From a bacterium HR11 (GTDB taxonomy: Bacteria; Acidobacteriota; HRBIN11), in the NCBI GenBank assembly GCA_002898535.1, contig BEHN01000001.1, positions 261,564-325,563 on the forward strand: a stretch of DNA of 64,000 bases. Direction: 5' to 3'. A program made the translations under genes and the position numbers. Below the pieces are notes generated by a model that had not been told where the DNA came from, made no database searches, and saw nothing but the letters and a program-made list of their open reading frames with translations. Below, piece by piece: positions 47,326-56,508 of the stretch. How positions within the stretch are numbered: position 1 is the stretch's first letter; the number at the start of each line of letters is the position of its first letter.

Positions 47326-49907
47326 ACGAGCTCATAGGGGTCGACCTGCACCCGCAGGAAGTCCCGCCGGAAGGGAAGCCGCCCCAGGACGTCCCGGAGC
47401 GCCTGCCGTACGGCCCGCCGGTCCGTCGTCCGGATGAGGACGTGGTACCGGTACTTCCCCTGAAGCCGCCACAGGAGCGGCTGGACCGGTCCGTGGACCT
47501 GCGTCTGGGGGATCGACCGTTCCGTCAGGAGCTCCGTCAGCGTCTGCGCATACTGTCGGGCCAGGGCGTGCTCGGGATGGACGACCGTCAGCAGGACGAT
47601 GCTCGTGAAGGGCGGATACTGAAACCGCTGACGGTACGCCAGCTCCTCCCGGAAAAAGCCCTCGTAGTCGTGCTGACACGCATACCGGATAGCGTAGTGC
47701 TCGGGCCGGTACGTCTGGATGATGGCCCGGCCCGGTCGGTCCGCCCGGCCCGAACGACCGACGACCTGCGTGATGAGCTGAAACAGACGTTCGTGGGACC
47801 GAAAGTCCGGCAGGCCCGTGCTCGTGTCGGCCTCCAAGACGCCGACCAGCGTGACCCGCGGGAAGTGATGCCCCTTGGCGACCATTTGGGTCCCGACGAG
47901 GACCTGAACCCGGCCCTCGTAAAAGTCGCCCAGCAGTCGAAACAGCTCCCGGGGCCGGCTCAGCGTGTCCCGGTCGAGGACGCCGACCCGCACGTCGGGG
48001 AACTCTCGTTCGAGGAGGGCCTGGACCCGTTCGGTCCCGATGCCCGTGGCGATGAGGTACGGACGCTCGCAGACGGGACATCGCTTCGGGACCGGCTCCG
48101 TCGCATCGCAGTAGTGGCATCGCAGGACGCCGGCCTTCTTGTGCAAGACCATGTGGATGCTACACTGCGAGCATGTCAGGACGTGGCCGCAGGCCCGGCA
48201 CTGCACGAAGGGCGCATAGCCCCGACGGTTGATCAGGACGATGGCCGTCTCCCCCCGGTCCAGCGTCTCCCGAAGCGACGTCATCAGGAGGGGAGAGAAA
48301 AAGGGGTGACTCCCCCGAGCATAGGCGTCTCGCATGTCGACCAGGACGACCTCGGGCAGGACGGCCCCCGGGACGGCCCGCTGGGTCAACCGATACAGGC
48401 CGTACGTGCCCTGCCGGGCATGGGCATAGGTCTCGACCGACGGCGTGGCCGTCACGAGGAGCGCCACGGCGTTTTCGAATCGAGCCCGGGCGAGGGCCAC
48501 CTCCCGGGCGTTGTAAACCGGAAGCTCGTCTTGGCGGTACGACCCGTCCTGCTCCTCGTCGACGACGAGGACGCCGACGTCCTCCAGGGGCGCGAAGATG
48601 GCCGACCGGGCGCCCAAGACGATGCGGGCCTCGCCCGTCCGGATCCGCCACCACTCGCTCGTCCGCTGGGCCGGCGTCATCTCGCTGTGGAGAACGGCCA
48701 GGAGGTCACCAAACTGACGACGGAACCGCTGGGTCACGGCCGGAATCAGGGCAATTTCGGGCATTAGGACGAGGGCCGTCTTGCCCCGCCGGACGGCCGC
48801 CTCGATGAGGCGTAGGTAGACCTCTGTCTTGCCGCTCCCGGTCACGCCGTACAGGACGCCGGCGTGGAAAGTCCCGGCCTCGACGTACTTCTGAAGGGAC
48901 TCCAGGACGGCCCGTTGTTCGTCGTTGAGGACGACAGGGGCCTCGCTACCGACGGGGGCGTCCCAGACGATAGGACGGGGATGATATTGCACGTAAACCT
49001 GAATCCATCCCCGGGCGACCATCCGGCGGAGCCGGTCCCGAAGTCGCCGCTGGGCTACCTGGGGGTCAGCCCCGGAGGATTCGGCGTCCCGGACCTGCTC
49101 GGCCAGCTCCTCCAGCAGGACGTCCCGACCCGCCTGCGTCAAGTACGTCAAGATGTCCCGATAGGCTCCCGGCACCCGCTCGCCGTCCGCCGGCGGCCGC
49201 ACGAGATGGACGACCGTCGTCTTGGGGACCTTCGCCCGCTGATGGAGACGTTCCCGGACCTCGACCCAGCCCCGGGCCCGCAGGTACTGGACGGCCGCAT
49301 GGAGGCTCCTCGACCCGACGGCCCGCCGGACCTTCGGGAGCGTCGCCTTCCGAGCTTCGGCCACGTACAGAAGCACGCGCGCCCACAGGGGCAGACGCCT
49401 CTGCCGAGCGCCGGCGGCCCACTCGGCGGCGGCCTGCAGGCCCGCCGGCGTGATGCGGACCTCGGCCCGGTGGAGAGCGTGGAGGCCCGGCGGGATGGCC
49501 AGGTGGAGGTAAGCCCCTAAGGGCTGAAGGTAGTAGTCGGCCGCCCATCGGAGGAGGCGGACCAGCGTCGGCGGACACAGGGGCTGCGGGTCCAGGACGA
49601 GGTCGACGGGCTTGTACCGGACCCCCGGCCGGTCCAAGGGGGTCGCCTGGGGATCGACGACGTAGCCCGTCACCCGCCGGTTCCGCAGGGGCACGACGAC
49701 CCGCAGGCCGACCTGGGGCTCGACGCCCGCCGCCTCGGGCCACAAGTACGTCAGGTTCTCATACGGAAACTGCCGGGTCCAGACCTGCACGAGGCGGCCC
49801 GGGACCGTCGTCGGCCTCGGCTCCGCCTCGGCCGCCGGGACCCACAGCGCCGTGTCCGTCGTCTTTGGATTCGCCATCCGAACCTTCCGCTCACCCCGTC
49901 CGATCAA
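47322..49907 (-). CDS. priA: Primosomal protein N-prime (replication restart helicase PriA)
   Basis: A 3-prime-DNA-binding N-terminus, DEAH helicase core (GVTGSGKTEVYL ... VVDEEQD) and Cys-rich zinc-binding insertion (CRACGHVLTCSQCSIHMVLHKKAGVLRCHYCDATEPVPKRCPVCE). The start may be the downstream ATG at 49877. Confidence 0.9.
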   Translation of the reverse strand: MIGRGERKVRMANPKTTDTALWVPAAEAEPRPTTVPGRLVQVWTRQFPYENLTYLWPEAAGVEPQVGLRVVVPLRNRRVTGYVVDPQATPLDRPGVRYKPVDLVLDPQPLCPPTLVRLLRWAADYYLQPLGAYLHLAIPPGLHALHRAEVRITPAGLQAAAEWAAGARQRRLPLWARVLLYVAEARKATLPKVRRAVGSRSLHAAVQYLRARGWVEVRERLHQRAKVPKTTVVHLVRPPADGERVPGAYRDILTYLTQAGRDVLLEELAEQVRDAESSGADPQVAQRRLRDRLRRMVARGWIQVYVQYHPRPIVWDAPVGSEAPVVLNDEQRAVLESLQKYVEAGTFHAGVLYGVTGSGKTEVYLRLIEAAVRRGKTALVLMPEIALIPAVTQRFRRQFGDLLAVLHSEMTPAQRTSEWWRIRTGEARIVLGARSAIFAPLEDVGVLVVDEEQDGSYRQDELPVYNAREVALARARFENAVALLVTATPSVETYAHARQGTYGLYRLTQRAVPGAVLPEVVLVDMRDAYARGSHPFFSPLLMTSLRETLDRGETAIVLINRRGYAPFVQCRACGHVLTCSQCSIHMVLHKKAGVLRCHYCDATEPVPKRCPVCERPYLIATGIGTERVQALLEREFPDVRVGVLDRDTLSRPRELFRLLGDFYEGRVQVLVGTQMVAKGHHFPRVTLVGVLEADTSTGLPDFRSHERLFQLITQVVGRSGRADRPGRAIIQTYRPEHYAIRYACQHDYEGFFREELAYRQRFQYPPFTSIVLLTVVHPEHALARQYAQTLTELLTERSIPQTQVHGPVQPLLWRLQGKYRYHVLIRTTDRRAVRQALRDVLGRLPFRRDFLRVQVDPYELV

Positions 49908-49912
49908 GTTAG

Positions 49913-50112
49913 CACAGCCGTTCGGTTCGTGAGAATGGCGTCAGAACAATCTTTTCCATCCCCCGGAAAGCGCGATGTTTCAAGCATTCGGCAGGTGGGC
50001 AGTCGGCAGGTTGGCAGGTGGGCAGTCGGCAGATAGGCAGGTTGGCAGATGGGCAGTCGGCAGGTCGGCCGAGAGTCCCAAAAAGCCCTGCCATCCGGGG
50101 CTCTATCAGCCC
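49913..50112. repeat. Repeat family A, partial copy plus tandem GTCACTTCGTTACTTCGTCACTCC units
   Basis: It begins cacagccgttcggttcgtgagaatggcgtcagaacaatc. There follows a run of ggcag(g/a)t(g/t)ggcagtcggcag units, then gtcacttcgttacttcgtcactccgtcacttcatcgc. Confidence 0.65.
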
Positions 50113-50142
50113 AAGGCCGTGGATCGTCACTTCGTTACTTCG

Positions 50143-50916
50143 TCACTCCGTCACTTCATCGCTTACGGACTCCTGCACGGTTCGGGTCGGGAGCGTCGGT
50201 CCCCGGAGGTGAACGGGCTCGGCGGCGGCCCGGAGCCGGAGGTTCAGGGCCTCGACGAAGAGCGAAAAGCCCATCGCAAAGTAAATGTAGCCCCGCTCGA
50301 TATGGCGGCCCAGGCCCTCGGCGACCAGCATGACGCCGATCAGCAGGAGGAAGCTCAGGGCCAGCATCTTAACCGTCGGGTGCCGCTCGATGAACCGATG
50401 GACGGCCTCGGCGCTGACGAGCATGACGCCAATGGCCAGGACGATGGCCGTCACCATGACCCACACTTGGCGGGCCATCCCGACGGCCGTGATGACCGAA
50501 TCCAGGGAGAATACGACGTCGATCAGAGCGATCTGGACGACGACCCCCACGAGAGACCCCGTCTGCGGGGCCGACCGTGTCCCGGCGGCCCCCTCCAGCT
50601 TATCGTGAATTTCATACGTGCTCTTGGCGATTAAGAACAAACCGCCCAGGAGCAAGATGAGACTCTGTCCGGAGACGGGCGTGTCGAGAACAGGCAGGAC
50701 AAACAGGGGCTTTGTCAGCCGCATGATCCAGGTCAACGTAAACAGGAGCGCCAGCCGCGTGACGAGAGCGGCCAAGATGCCCAACCGGCGGGCAAGGGGT
50801 TGCCGGTCTCGGGGAAGCCGACCCGAGACGACCGAGATGAATACGATGTTGTCGATCCCCAGGACGACCTCCATGGCCGTCAGGGTCGCCAAGGCGATCC
50901 AAGCCTCGATTGTCAC
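50143..50916 (-). CDS. TerC-family integral membrane protein
   Basis: A GTG start at 50916 is preceded by gaggagagg. It reads VTIEAWIALATLTAMEVVLGIDNIVFISVV (TerC signature), with ~7 TM helices. The 404-aa listed ORF overlaps ribD and is rejected. Confidence 0.75.
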   Translation of the reverse strand: MTIEAWIALATLTAMEVVLGIDNIVFISVVSGRLPRDRQPLARRLGILAALVTRLALLFTLTWIMRLTKPLFVLPVLDTPVSGQSLILLLGGLFLIAKSTYEIHDKLEGAAGTRSAPQTGSLVGVVVQIALIDVVFSLDSVITAVGMARQVWVMVTAIVLAIGVMLVSAEAVHRFIERHPTVKMLALSFLLLIGVMLVAEGLGRHIERGYIYFAMGFSLFVEALNLRLRAAAEPVHLRGPTLPTRTVQESVSDEVTE

Positions 50917-50929
50917 ACCTGTCCTCTCC

Positions 50930-52039
50930 TCATAAGCAGTCAGTGTCGGCCCGTTCCAGGACGCACAGCCAGTCATCGTCCAGGGGGCAAAGATTACGGA
51001 GTCGCCATCGCAGAGGACCCGTCGCCCAGGTGTCGAGATAACTCGCCAGGCCGAGGCTGTGGACGTCGCCGAAGACGGTCGGGGCGACAAACAGCCACAT
51101 CTCGTCGGCCCGGCCCTCGGCCAAAAAGGACGAAAAGACCCGGCTTCCGCCCTCGACGAGGAGCCGGTGGACGTCGTAGTCGGCCAAGCGTCGGAGGACG
51201 GCGCCCAGGTCGAGGTACCCGGGCGCCGTCGTCGGGGCGCCCTCGTAGCGAATGAACTCCGGCCCGGTCGGCGGCGTGCGGGCGGCGTCGTGGAAGACGA
51301 CCGTCGGGGCGGCGACCCGGAAGACGGGGTGGTCCGGCGGCAGGGAAAGGTCTGCATCGAGAAAGACCCGCCAGACGGGCTTATCGGGGACCAGCCGGGG
51401 CAGGCGGGGCCGGAGGTCGGGGGCGTCCAGGTCGGCCGTCCGGGCCCCGACGAGGACGGCGTCGCAGGTCGCCCGCAAATGGTGGACCCACGAGCGAGTG
51501 CGTTCCGACGTGATCCACAAGCGCCGACTGTCGGGCCGGGCGATCCGGCCGTCGGCCGTCAGGGCCGCCTTCAGGACGACCCAGGGACGGCGGGCCTGAA
51601 CCCACGTCGTGAAGCCCCGCAGGAGGTCTTGCGCCTCGGCCTCCAGGACGCCGACCTCGACGTCCAGGCCGGCCCGTCTCAGGGTCTCGACGCCCCGGCC
51701 GTGGACCCGGGGATTGGGGTCGAGGGTCGCGACGACGACACGTCCGACGCCGGCCTCGAGGATGGCGTCCGTGCAGGGCGGCGTTCGGCCGTGGTGACAG
51801 CAGGGCTCGAGTGTCACATAGAGGGTCGCCCCCCGCGCCCAGCGGCCGGCTTGGCGGAGGGCCCAGACTTCGGCATGAGGCGTCCCGGCCCGGACGTGGA
51901 AGCCCTGGCCGACGGCCCGGCCGTCCCGGACGACGACGGCCCCGACGGGCGGGTTCGGGGCCGTCGAGCCGAGGCCCAGGCGCGCCAGCCGCAGGGCCGC
52001 CGCCATCCAGAAGGCGTCGGAAGTCCGATGCCCGGCCAC
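50930..52039 (-). CDS. ribD: Bifunctional riboflavin biosynthesis deaminase/reductase
   Basis: CMP/dCMP deaminase zinc motif (HAEVWAL ... PCCHHGRTPPC) followed by the RibD C-terminal reductase domain. Confidence 0.9.
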   Translation of the reverse strand: MAGHRTSDAFWMAAALRLARLGLGSTAPNPPVGAVVVRDGRAVGQGFHVRAGTPHAEVWALRQAGRWARGATLYVTLEPCCHHGRTPPCTDAILEAGVGRVVVATLDPNPRVHGRGVETLRRAGLDVEVGVLEAEAQDLLRGFTTWVQARRPWVVLKAALTADGRIARPDSRRLWITSERTRSWVHHLRATCDAVLVGARTADLDAPDLRPRLPRLVPDKPVWRVFLDADLSLPPDHPVFRVAAPTVVFHDAARTPPTGPEFIRYEGAPTTAPGYLDLGAVLRRLADYDVHRLLVEGGSRVFSSFLAEGRADEMWLFVAPTVFGDVHSLGLASYLDTWATGPLRWRLRNLCPLDDDWLCVLERADTDCL

Positions 52040-52046
52040 AGCGCCG

Positions 52047-53156
52047 TCATTCGCTGTGGGGCCGGATCTGGAAGCGCTTCTCGAGGTCCTTCATCCGCTC
52101 GACGATGCCGCCGTATTCGAGCTCCTCGTAGGGGAGCATGGCGGGGCCGAAGAAGCCCTGCCGCCGGAGCTCGAGGGCCTTCTCGGCGATGCGGTCCTGG
52201 ACCGACCGCCAGAACGGATGGTCGAAGGGGTCGGCCGCCTCGGTGAACTTCCCCTTGTGGACGCACAGGGCGTGGCAGGTCACGATAGGCGGTCCGTCGA
52301 AGTACGAGACGTGCGTGTTGTGCGGGACGGGCATCAGGGGGCCGTTATGGGACCCCCGCATGAAGCCGGCGACGTAGTGCCCGATGGCGAAGGGGGCCAG
52401 CACTTCGCCAGCCGCCGGGAAGTCGCCCTGGACGCGGACGATCATGACGGGGTCGTCCTTGCCGACGTACTTGCCGGCGATGTTCCGAAGCCGGCTCGTG
52501 CTGACGACGGCGGCCTGCTCGCCCGTGGCCCGATTGTAAATGGCTTCGATGGAGAAGCGCTCCGTGTCCCGGAGCAGGGCGGCCAGGTCGTAAAGGTCTT
52601 CCGGCGTGTTCAGCTCGATGATACGGTCGGCCTCCGTGTAGTTGACGTCCATGACGACGAACTTGAAGCCCTTGCCCAGCTTGGGGCTGAGGATCAGGCC
52701 CGAGCAGAACATGGGGTCGGCGAAGGCCAAGTACAGCGGCAGGTTGTAAGCCCCGGGGCTCGTCTTGTCGGCGGCAAAGAAGAGGAACGGCTCGTTGGGT
52801 CGTTCCTCGAACTCGATCTCGGCGACCATCGGGCCCATGCCCCGGACGTTGCCGGAGAAGGCGTCTTTCAAGAGGTCCTGGCCGGCCCCGTAGAGGCCCT
52901 GGGCCTTGGCGACCTGCGTCCCCTTCATGAAGGCCTCGAAGGCCAGCTTGTGGACGTCGGCGTCGTTGGGGCCCCGGTGATGGGCCATCAGGATGGCGAT
53001 GTCATCGCCCGTATAGCTGACGTAGACGTCCGAGATCAGGTCCCGTCCGTTTTCCCGGACGTACCCCTCGACGGTCTCCAGGAGGGCCCGGGAGGGCTTG
53101 ATGTGGCCGCCGATACTGCCGATATCGGCCTTGATGACCGACAGCGTCGTCTTCAT
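52047..53156 (-). CDS. Bifunctional fructose-1,6-bisphosphate aldolase/phosphatase (class V FBPase, archaeal type)
   Basis: The ATG at 53156 has a perfect gaggagg SD. It reads MKTTLSVIKADIGSIGGHIKPS ... YVSYTGDDIAILMAHHRG ... highly colinear with archaeal/deep-branching FBPA/P. The upstream in-frame extension is rejected. Confidence 0.85.
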   Translation of the reverse strand: MKTTLSVIKADIGSIGGHIKPSRALLETVEGYVRENGRDLISDVYVSYTGDDIAILMAHHRGPNDADVHKLAFEAFMKGTQVAKAQGLYGAGQDLLKDAFSGNVRGMGPMVAEIEFEERPNEPFLFFAADKTSPGAYNLPLYLAFADPMFCSGLILSPKLGKGFKFVVMDVNYTEADRIIELNTPEDLYDLAALLRDTERFSIEAIYNRATGEQAAVVSTSRLRNIAGKYVGKDDPVMIVRVQGDFPAAGEVLAPFAIGHYVAGFMRGSHNGPLMPVPHNTHVSYFDGPPIVTCHALCVHKGKFTEAADPFDHPFWRSVQDRIAEKALELRRQGFFGPAMLPYEELEYGGIVERMKDLEKRFQIRPHSE

Positions 53157-53317
53157 CGTCGCCTCCTCGAATTGATGGGACTGGCCGACGTCGGCCCGGT
53201 CGGGGGCCTGAGCCGACGGATGGCCGGAACGGTCCCCCCAGGACGTAGGCAAGACCATTGTATCGGAACCCATGTCCGATTGCAACCTTTCCCCGAGAGT
53301 CCTAAACTTATCTCGGT

Positions 53318-54015
53318 GGGGGCGAACAGGTTTCGACGGAGGTGCGTGGGAGGACAGGCGGCATGCCGTGGGCCTGTCCGCTCGTCAACTGGACAGGGGC
53401 CAATAAGTGCCAACACCGATCTCGCCCTGGCGGCTTAACCGATAGCCGTCACGCCGCCAGACGGGCGCCCGTCCCGTCTGGGCCGGTGTCACATCACGGG
53501 CTCGGGCGCCGGGTGCGCCTCGGTCCCGGTGCCGAGATCGAAGGGGCTGGTCCTCGCCTTGACCCTGCCCGTCGGGGCCGGCGAGGACGAGAGGTAAAAG
53601 ACGGGCTAAGCATGTAGAAGCCTGTCCGACTGGCCTCCGGACGCGGGTTCGATTCGTGAGGGGTTATAGCGCGCAGGTTCGAAGGCTGTCAATTCGCGGC
53701 TATAACCCCGGAGTCGCCCCACATAGCAATATGTGGGTGAAAACGGGGCTCACATCGGCGAAGCCTACGGCCACCGAATGGCTATGGTAACGCCGAGGGG
53801 TCGGAAGGGGGCCAACCCCAGGCCGGCCCTGTAGAGACTCATCGGCCCGCCGGCCTGGACCGGGTGGGTGGGTCCGAGGAGCGTAGCGGATTGGGAAGAA
53901 ACTTGACGGCTACGCTAAGACGCCCCGCATCCTCGGTCCCGGGAGGGACTCGGGGATGAAGGCATAGTCCAGCCCAGTCCGAAAGGACTGGAGTGCTGTC
54001 CCGCCGCCTCCACCA
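53318..54015 (+). ncRNA. ssrA: tmRNA (ssrA) interrupted by a ~347-nt intervening sequence in the T-loop; mature length ~351 nt
   Basis: 5-prime GGGGGCGAACAGGUUUCGACGGAGG (acceptor and D-analog region). Tag ORF gcc aac acc gat ctc gcc ctg gcg gct taa encodes ANTDLALAA at 53409-53438. The 3-prime region GACGGGCUAAGCAUGUAGAAGCCUGUCCGACUGGCCUCCGGACGCGGGUUCGAU ends at 53651. UCCCGCCGCCUCCACCA resumes at 53999. The acceptor stem GGGGGCG/CGCCUCC has a G3-U wobble (Ala identity). Confidence 0.85.
53652..53998 (+). other. Intervening sequence within the tmRNA T-loop (group-I-intron-like; alternatively a processed IVS)
   Basis: The 5-prime exon ends with U and the insert ends with G. It contains R-like (GUAGAGACUCA) and S-like (CAUAGUCC) elements in the right order, flanking a P8-like hairpin (gcgtagcgg ... 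ggctacgc), plus a GNRA-capped hairpin (cagtccgaaaggactg) just before the terminal G. No clean P1 pairing with a U-G at the splice site could be found. Confidence 0.4.
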
Positions 54016-54110
54016 AAATATCCGGGTCCTGGGTCTTGAAGGTCCCGAGGGAAGCGACCGACGGCCAGACCGTATCTCCCGGGCAGGGACGTTCTTTGAA
54101 ATCGTCGGGC

Positions 54111-55595
54111 ATGTGGCGTGAGGTCCTGATCACCCAGCTCGGCTCGGAGGCCCTGGTGGCGGTCGTCGAGGACGACCGCCTCGTCGAGTTCCATGCCGAC
54201 GAACCTCAGGGTTCCAGTCTGCTGGGTAATATCTACAAGGGCCGGGTCAAGTCGATCCTGCCCGGTATGGACGCCGCCTTCATCGACATCGGCGAGCCCC
54301 AGGACGGTTTCCTTTATATCGCCGACGTCCGCCCCGTCGTCGCCCGGCTCCTGTACGGCGACACGGATGGTCTACCGGCCGGCCGTTGGAGGCGCCCCCA
54401 GCATATCGGGGACGTCCTTCATGAGGGTGACGAAGTCCTCGTCCAGGTCAAACGGGACCCCATCCAGTACAAGGCTCCCCGAGTCTCGACCAAGATTACC
54501 CTGACAGGCACGTATCTGGTTTACACGCCCGTCCAGCCCCACGTCGGCGTTTCATCCCGCATCACGAATCCTCAGCGCCGTCAGCACCTGAAGGCGCTCG
54601 GTCGGGCCTGGGCCGCCGGCCGGGGCGGCCTCATCTTCCGGACGGCCAGCGCCGCCATTCCCGACGAGACCCTGGAGCAGGAATGGCGGAGCCTGCAACA
54701 GACATGGCAGAAAGTCCTTCGGCTGGCTCGGTCCCGCCCGGCCCCGTGCTTACTGTACCGAGAACCGCCGACCCTGCTCCGCTTGATCCGGGACCTGGTC
54801 AATCCGGGCCTTCGCCGCATCTGGGTCGATTCCCCGAACCTCTACCGTTGGCTCCAAGAGCAGTTGGGCGAACACCATCCCGAGTGGCTTCCCTACCTCC
54901 AGTTGTATACCGACAGCTCGCCCCTCTTTTACCGGTACCAGATCCACCGGGAACTCCAGCGGATCTTGAAGCCCCGGGTGTGGCTGAAGTCCGGCGCTTA
55001 CCTGGTCATTAATCAGACGGAAGCCCTCGTGGCCATCGACGTGAACACGGGGAAGAATACCGGCCTAACGGACTTCCAGGACAGCGTCTTTCGGGTCAAC
55101 CTGGAGGCCGTCGGGGAGATCGTCCGCCAGATCCGCCTTCGAAACCTCGGTGGGCTCATCCTGATCGACTTCATCGATATGACCTCGCCGGAACACTGGC
55201 AGAAGCTCCGAGAGGTCCTGGAGGCCGAGCTCAAGGGGGACCGGATGCGGACCTACATCCTCCCCCAGTCCAGCACGTCCCTCGTCCTCCTGACCCGTCA
55301 GAAGGCGCAAGCCTCCCTCCTCCATCACCTGGGTCAGGTATGCCCCCGATGCCACGGTCGGGCCTTCGTCTACAGCCCCCGGGTCATCGCCTGGGAGGTC
55401 ATCTGGAAGCTGTCCCAAATCAAGAAGGGTCTCTTTCAGCGGGCCGTCGTCCGGGCTCATCCCCGGGTCATCGAGCTCCTCCGGGGGCCTTACCGGGAAA
55501 ACTTGCGGACGATCTGCCGCCAGATCCGGGCCGAGGTCGAACTCCGGGAAGACAGCAACCTGGCGTGGGAATCCTACGACCTGACGTTTCATTAG
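54111..55595 (+). CDS. rng: Ribonuclease G / RNase E-family endoribonuclease
   Basis: S1 domain (GNIYKGRVKSILPGMDAAFIDIG), DNase-I-like catalytic region (ALVAIDVNTGK ... GGLILIDFIDM) and Zn-link CPRCHG. The start is taken at the ATG at 54111 (MWREVLITQ), because the listed ORF start at 54036 would overlap tmRNA. Confidence 0.85.
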   Translation: MWREVLITQLGSEALVAVVEDDRLVEFHADEPQGSSLLGNIYKGRVKSILPGMDAAFIDIGEPQDGFLYIADVRPVVARLLYGDTDGLPAGRWRRPQHIGDVLHEGDEVLVQVKRDPIQYKAPRVSTKITLTGTYLVYTPVQPHVGVSSRITNPQRRQHLKALGRAWAAGRGGLIFRTASAAIPDETLEQEWRSLQQTWQKVLRLARSRPAPCLLYREPPTLLRLIRDLVNPGLRRIWVDSPNLYRWLQEQLGEHHPEWLPYLQLYTDSSPLFYRYQIHRELQRILKPRVWLKSGAYLVINQTEALVAIDVNTGKNTGLTDFQDSVFRVNLEAVGEIVRQIRLRNLGGLILIDFIDMTSPEHWQKLREVLEAELKGDRMRTYILPQSSTSLVLLTRQKAQASLLHHLGQVCPRCHGRAFVYSPRVIAWEVIWKLSQIKKGLFQRAVVRAHPRVIELLRGPYRENLRTICRQIRAEVELREDSNLAWESYDLTFH

Positions 55596-55597
55596 GT

Positions 55598-55862
55598 AAG
55601 ACCATAGACCATGGACCATAGACCACGGACCACGGACCCCCAACGATAGACCGGGCCGGGCGGACCGAGCCTCCCCGTTGTGGAGAAGGAGTCTCATAAA
55701 TCCCCCCTACAGGGGAAGACCTGGAGATGGGTTCTCAGCCATCCTCTCGAGACGAGGCGCTCCCCCTTGGCCCAGTCAGGTCTAAGGCCTATGGTCCATG
55801 GTCTATGGTCCATGGTCTGACATGGAGAGTCCGACCCCGGTCTCATCGGATTGATGAGACCG
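55598..55862. repeat. Repeat family B, large composite copy (two palindromic arms around a unique core)
   Basis: gaccatagaccatggaccatagaccacggaccacggacc ... gtctcataaatcccc ... ggcctatggtccatggtctatggtccatggtctgac ... ggtctcatcggattgatgagaccgc. Confidence 0.7.
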
Positions 55863-55921
55863 CTTCGAGACACCGGATGAGAGCCTCGTAAACCGTTTGA
55901 TGCGACGGGTCGTGGTGGGGC

Positions 55922-56434
55922 ATGGTGGAGCGACCATACTGTGTGGCCGGTATCGACCCCCACAAGGACTTCATCGCCGTGGCCGTCCTGGCCCCCGACC
56001 GGGTCGTCCGGGTCGGCGTGATCCGGTGCGAGCCCTTCGTCCGCCTGCGACGGCGACTGGAACGTATCCTGGCCGACGTCCGCTACGTCGGCATCGAGTG
56101 GCCCTATCTGGGCAAGAGTCCCCACAGCTATGCGACGGTCCTGGAAACGGCGGCGACCGTCCGGACGCTCGTCCGCCTGATGGGGATCCCGAGCGTGCGT
56201 GTCCGGGGGAGCCAGTGGATGCGGGTTCTCCGGGTCCGACGCCGAACGCGAGCTTACCTCAAGCAGGCGGCCCGGCGCCTGGCCCGGCAGGCCACTCGGC
56301 GAAGCCTGACCTCGGACCAGAGCGACGCCGTCTGCATCGGCCTCTGGCTCCTGGACCGCCTGGTCGTCCACGGCCGCCTGGACCCACCCGTCCCCCTCCT
56401 GGAACGCACGGGCCTCCGGCCTGGGGGTCCATAG
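55922..56434 (+). CDS. RuvC-like (RNase H-fold) Holliday-junction-resolvase family protein
   Basis: 170 aa with acidic residues at RuvC-equivalent positions (AGIDPH, VGIEWPY, SDQSDAVCIGLW). It is isolated from any ruvAB. Confidence 0.45.
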   Translation: MVERPYCVAGIDPHKDFIAVAVLAPDRVVRVGVIRCEPFVRLRRRLERILADVRYVGIEWPYLGKSPHSYATVLETAATVRTLVRLMGIPSVRVRGSQWMRVLRVRRRTRAYLKQAARRLARQATRRSLTSDQSDAVCIGLWLLDRLVVHGRLDPPVPLLERTGLRPGGP

Positions 56435-56508
56435 TGCAGACCATAGACCACGGGCCCCAGACCTCTACGGTCCGTGGTCTATCGTCCATGGTCGATGGTC
56501 TTGGGTCC

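Noticed and set aside
50143-51357. 404-aa version of the TerC ORF extending 440 nt into ribD
   Set aside because: The N-terminal 147 residues are low-complexity and overlap ribD in another frame. The TerC signature begins right after a GTG with a good SD at 50916, 14 nt downstream of the ribD stop.
53652-53998. Calling the tmRNA insert a confirmed self-splicing group I intron
   Set aside because: R/S-like boxes, a P8/P9-like hairpin and a terminal G are present, but I could not find an internal guide sequence giving a U-G pair at the 5-prime splice site. The exon end UUCGAU only pairs with a palindromic UUCGAA in a hairpin loop. It is kept as 'intervening sequence, group-I-like' rather than asserted.
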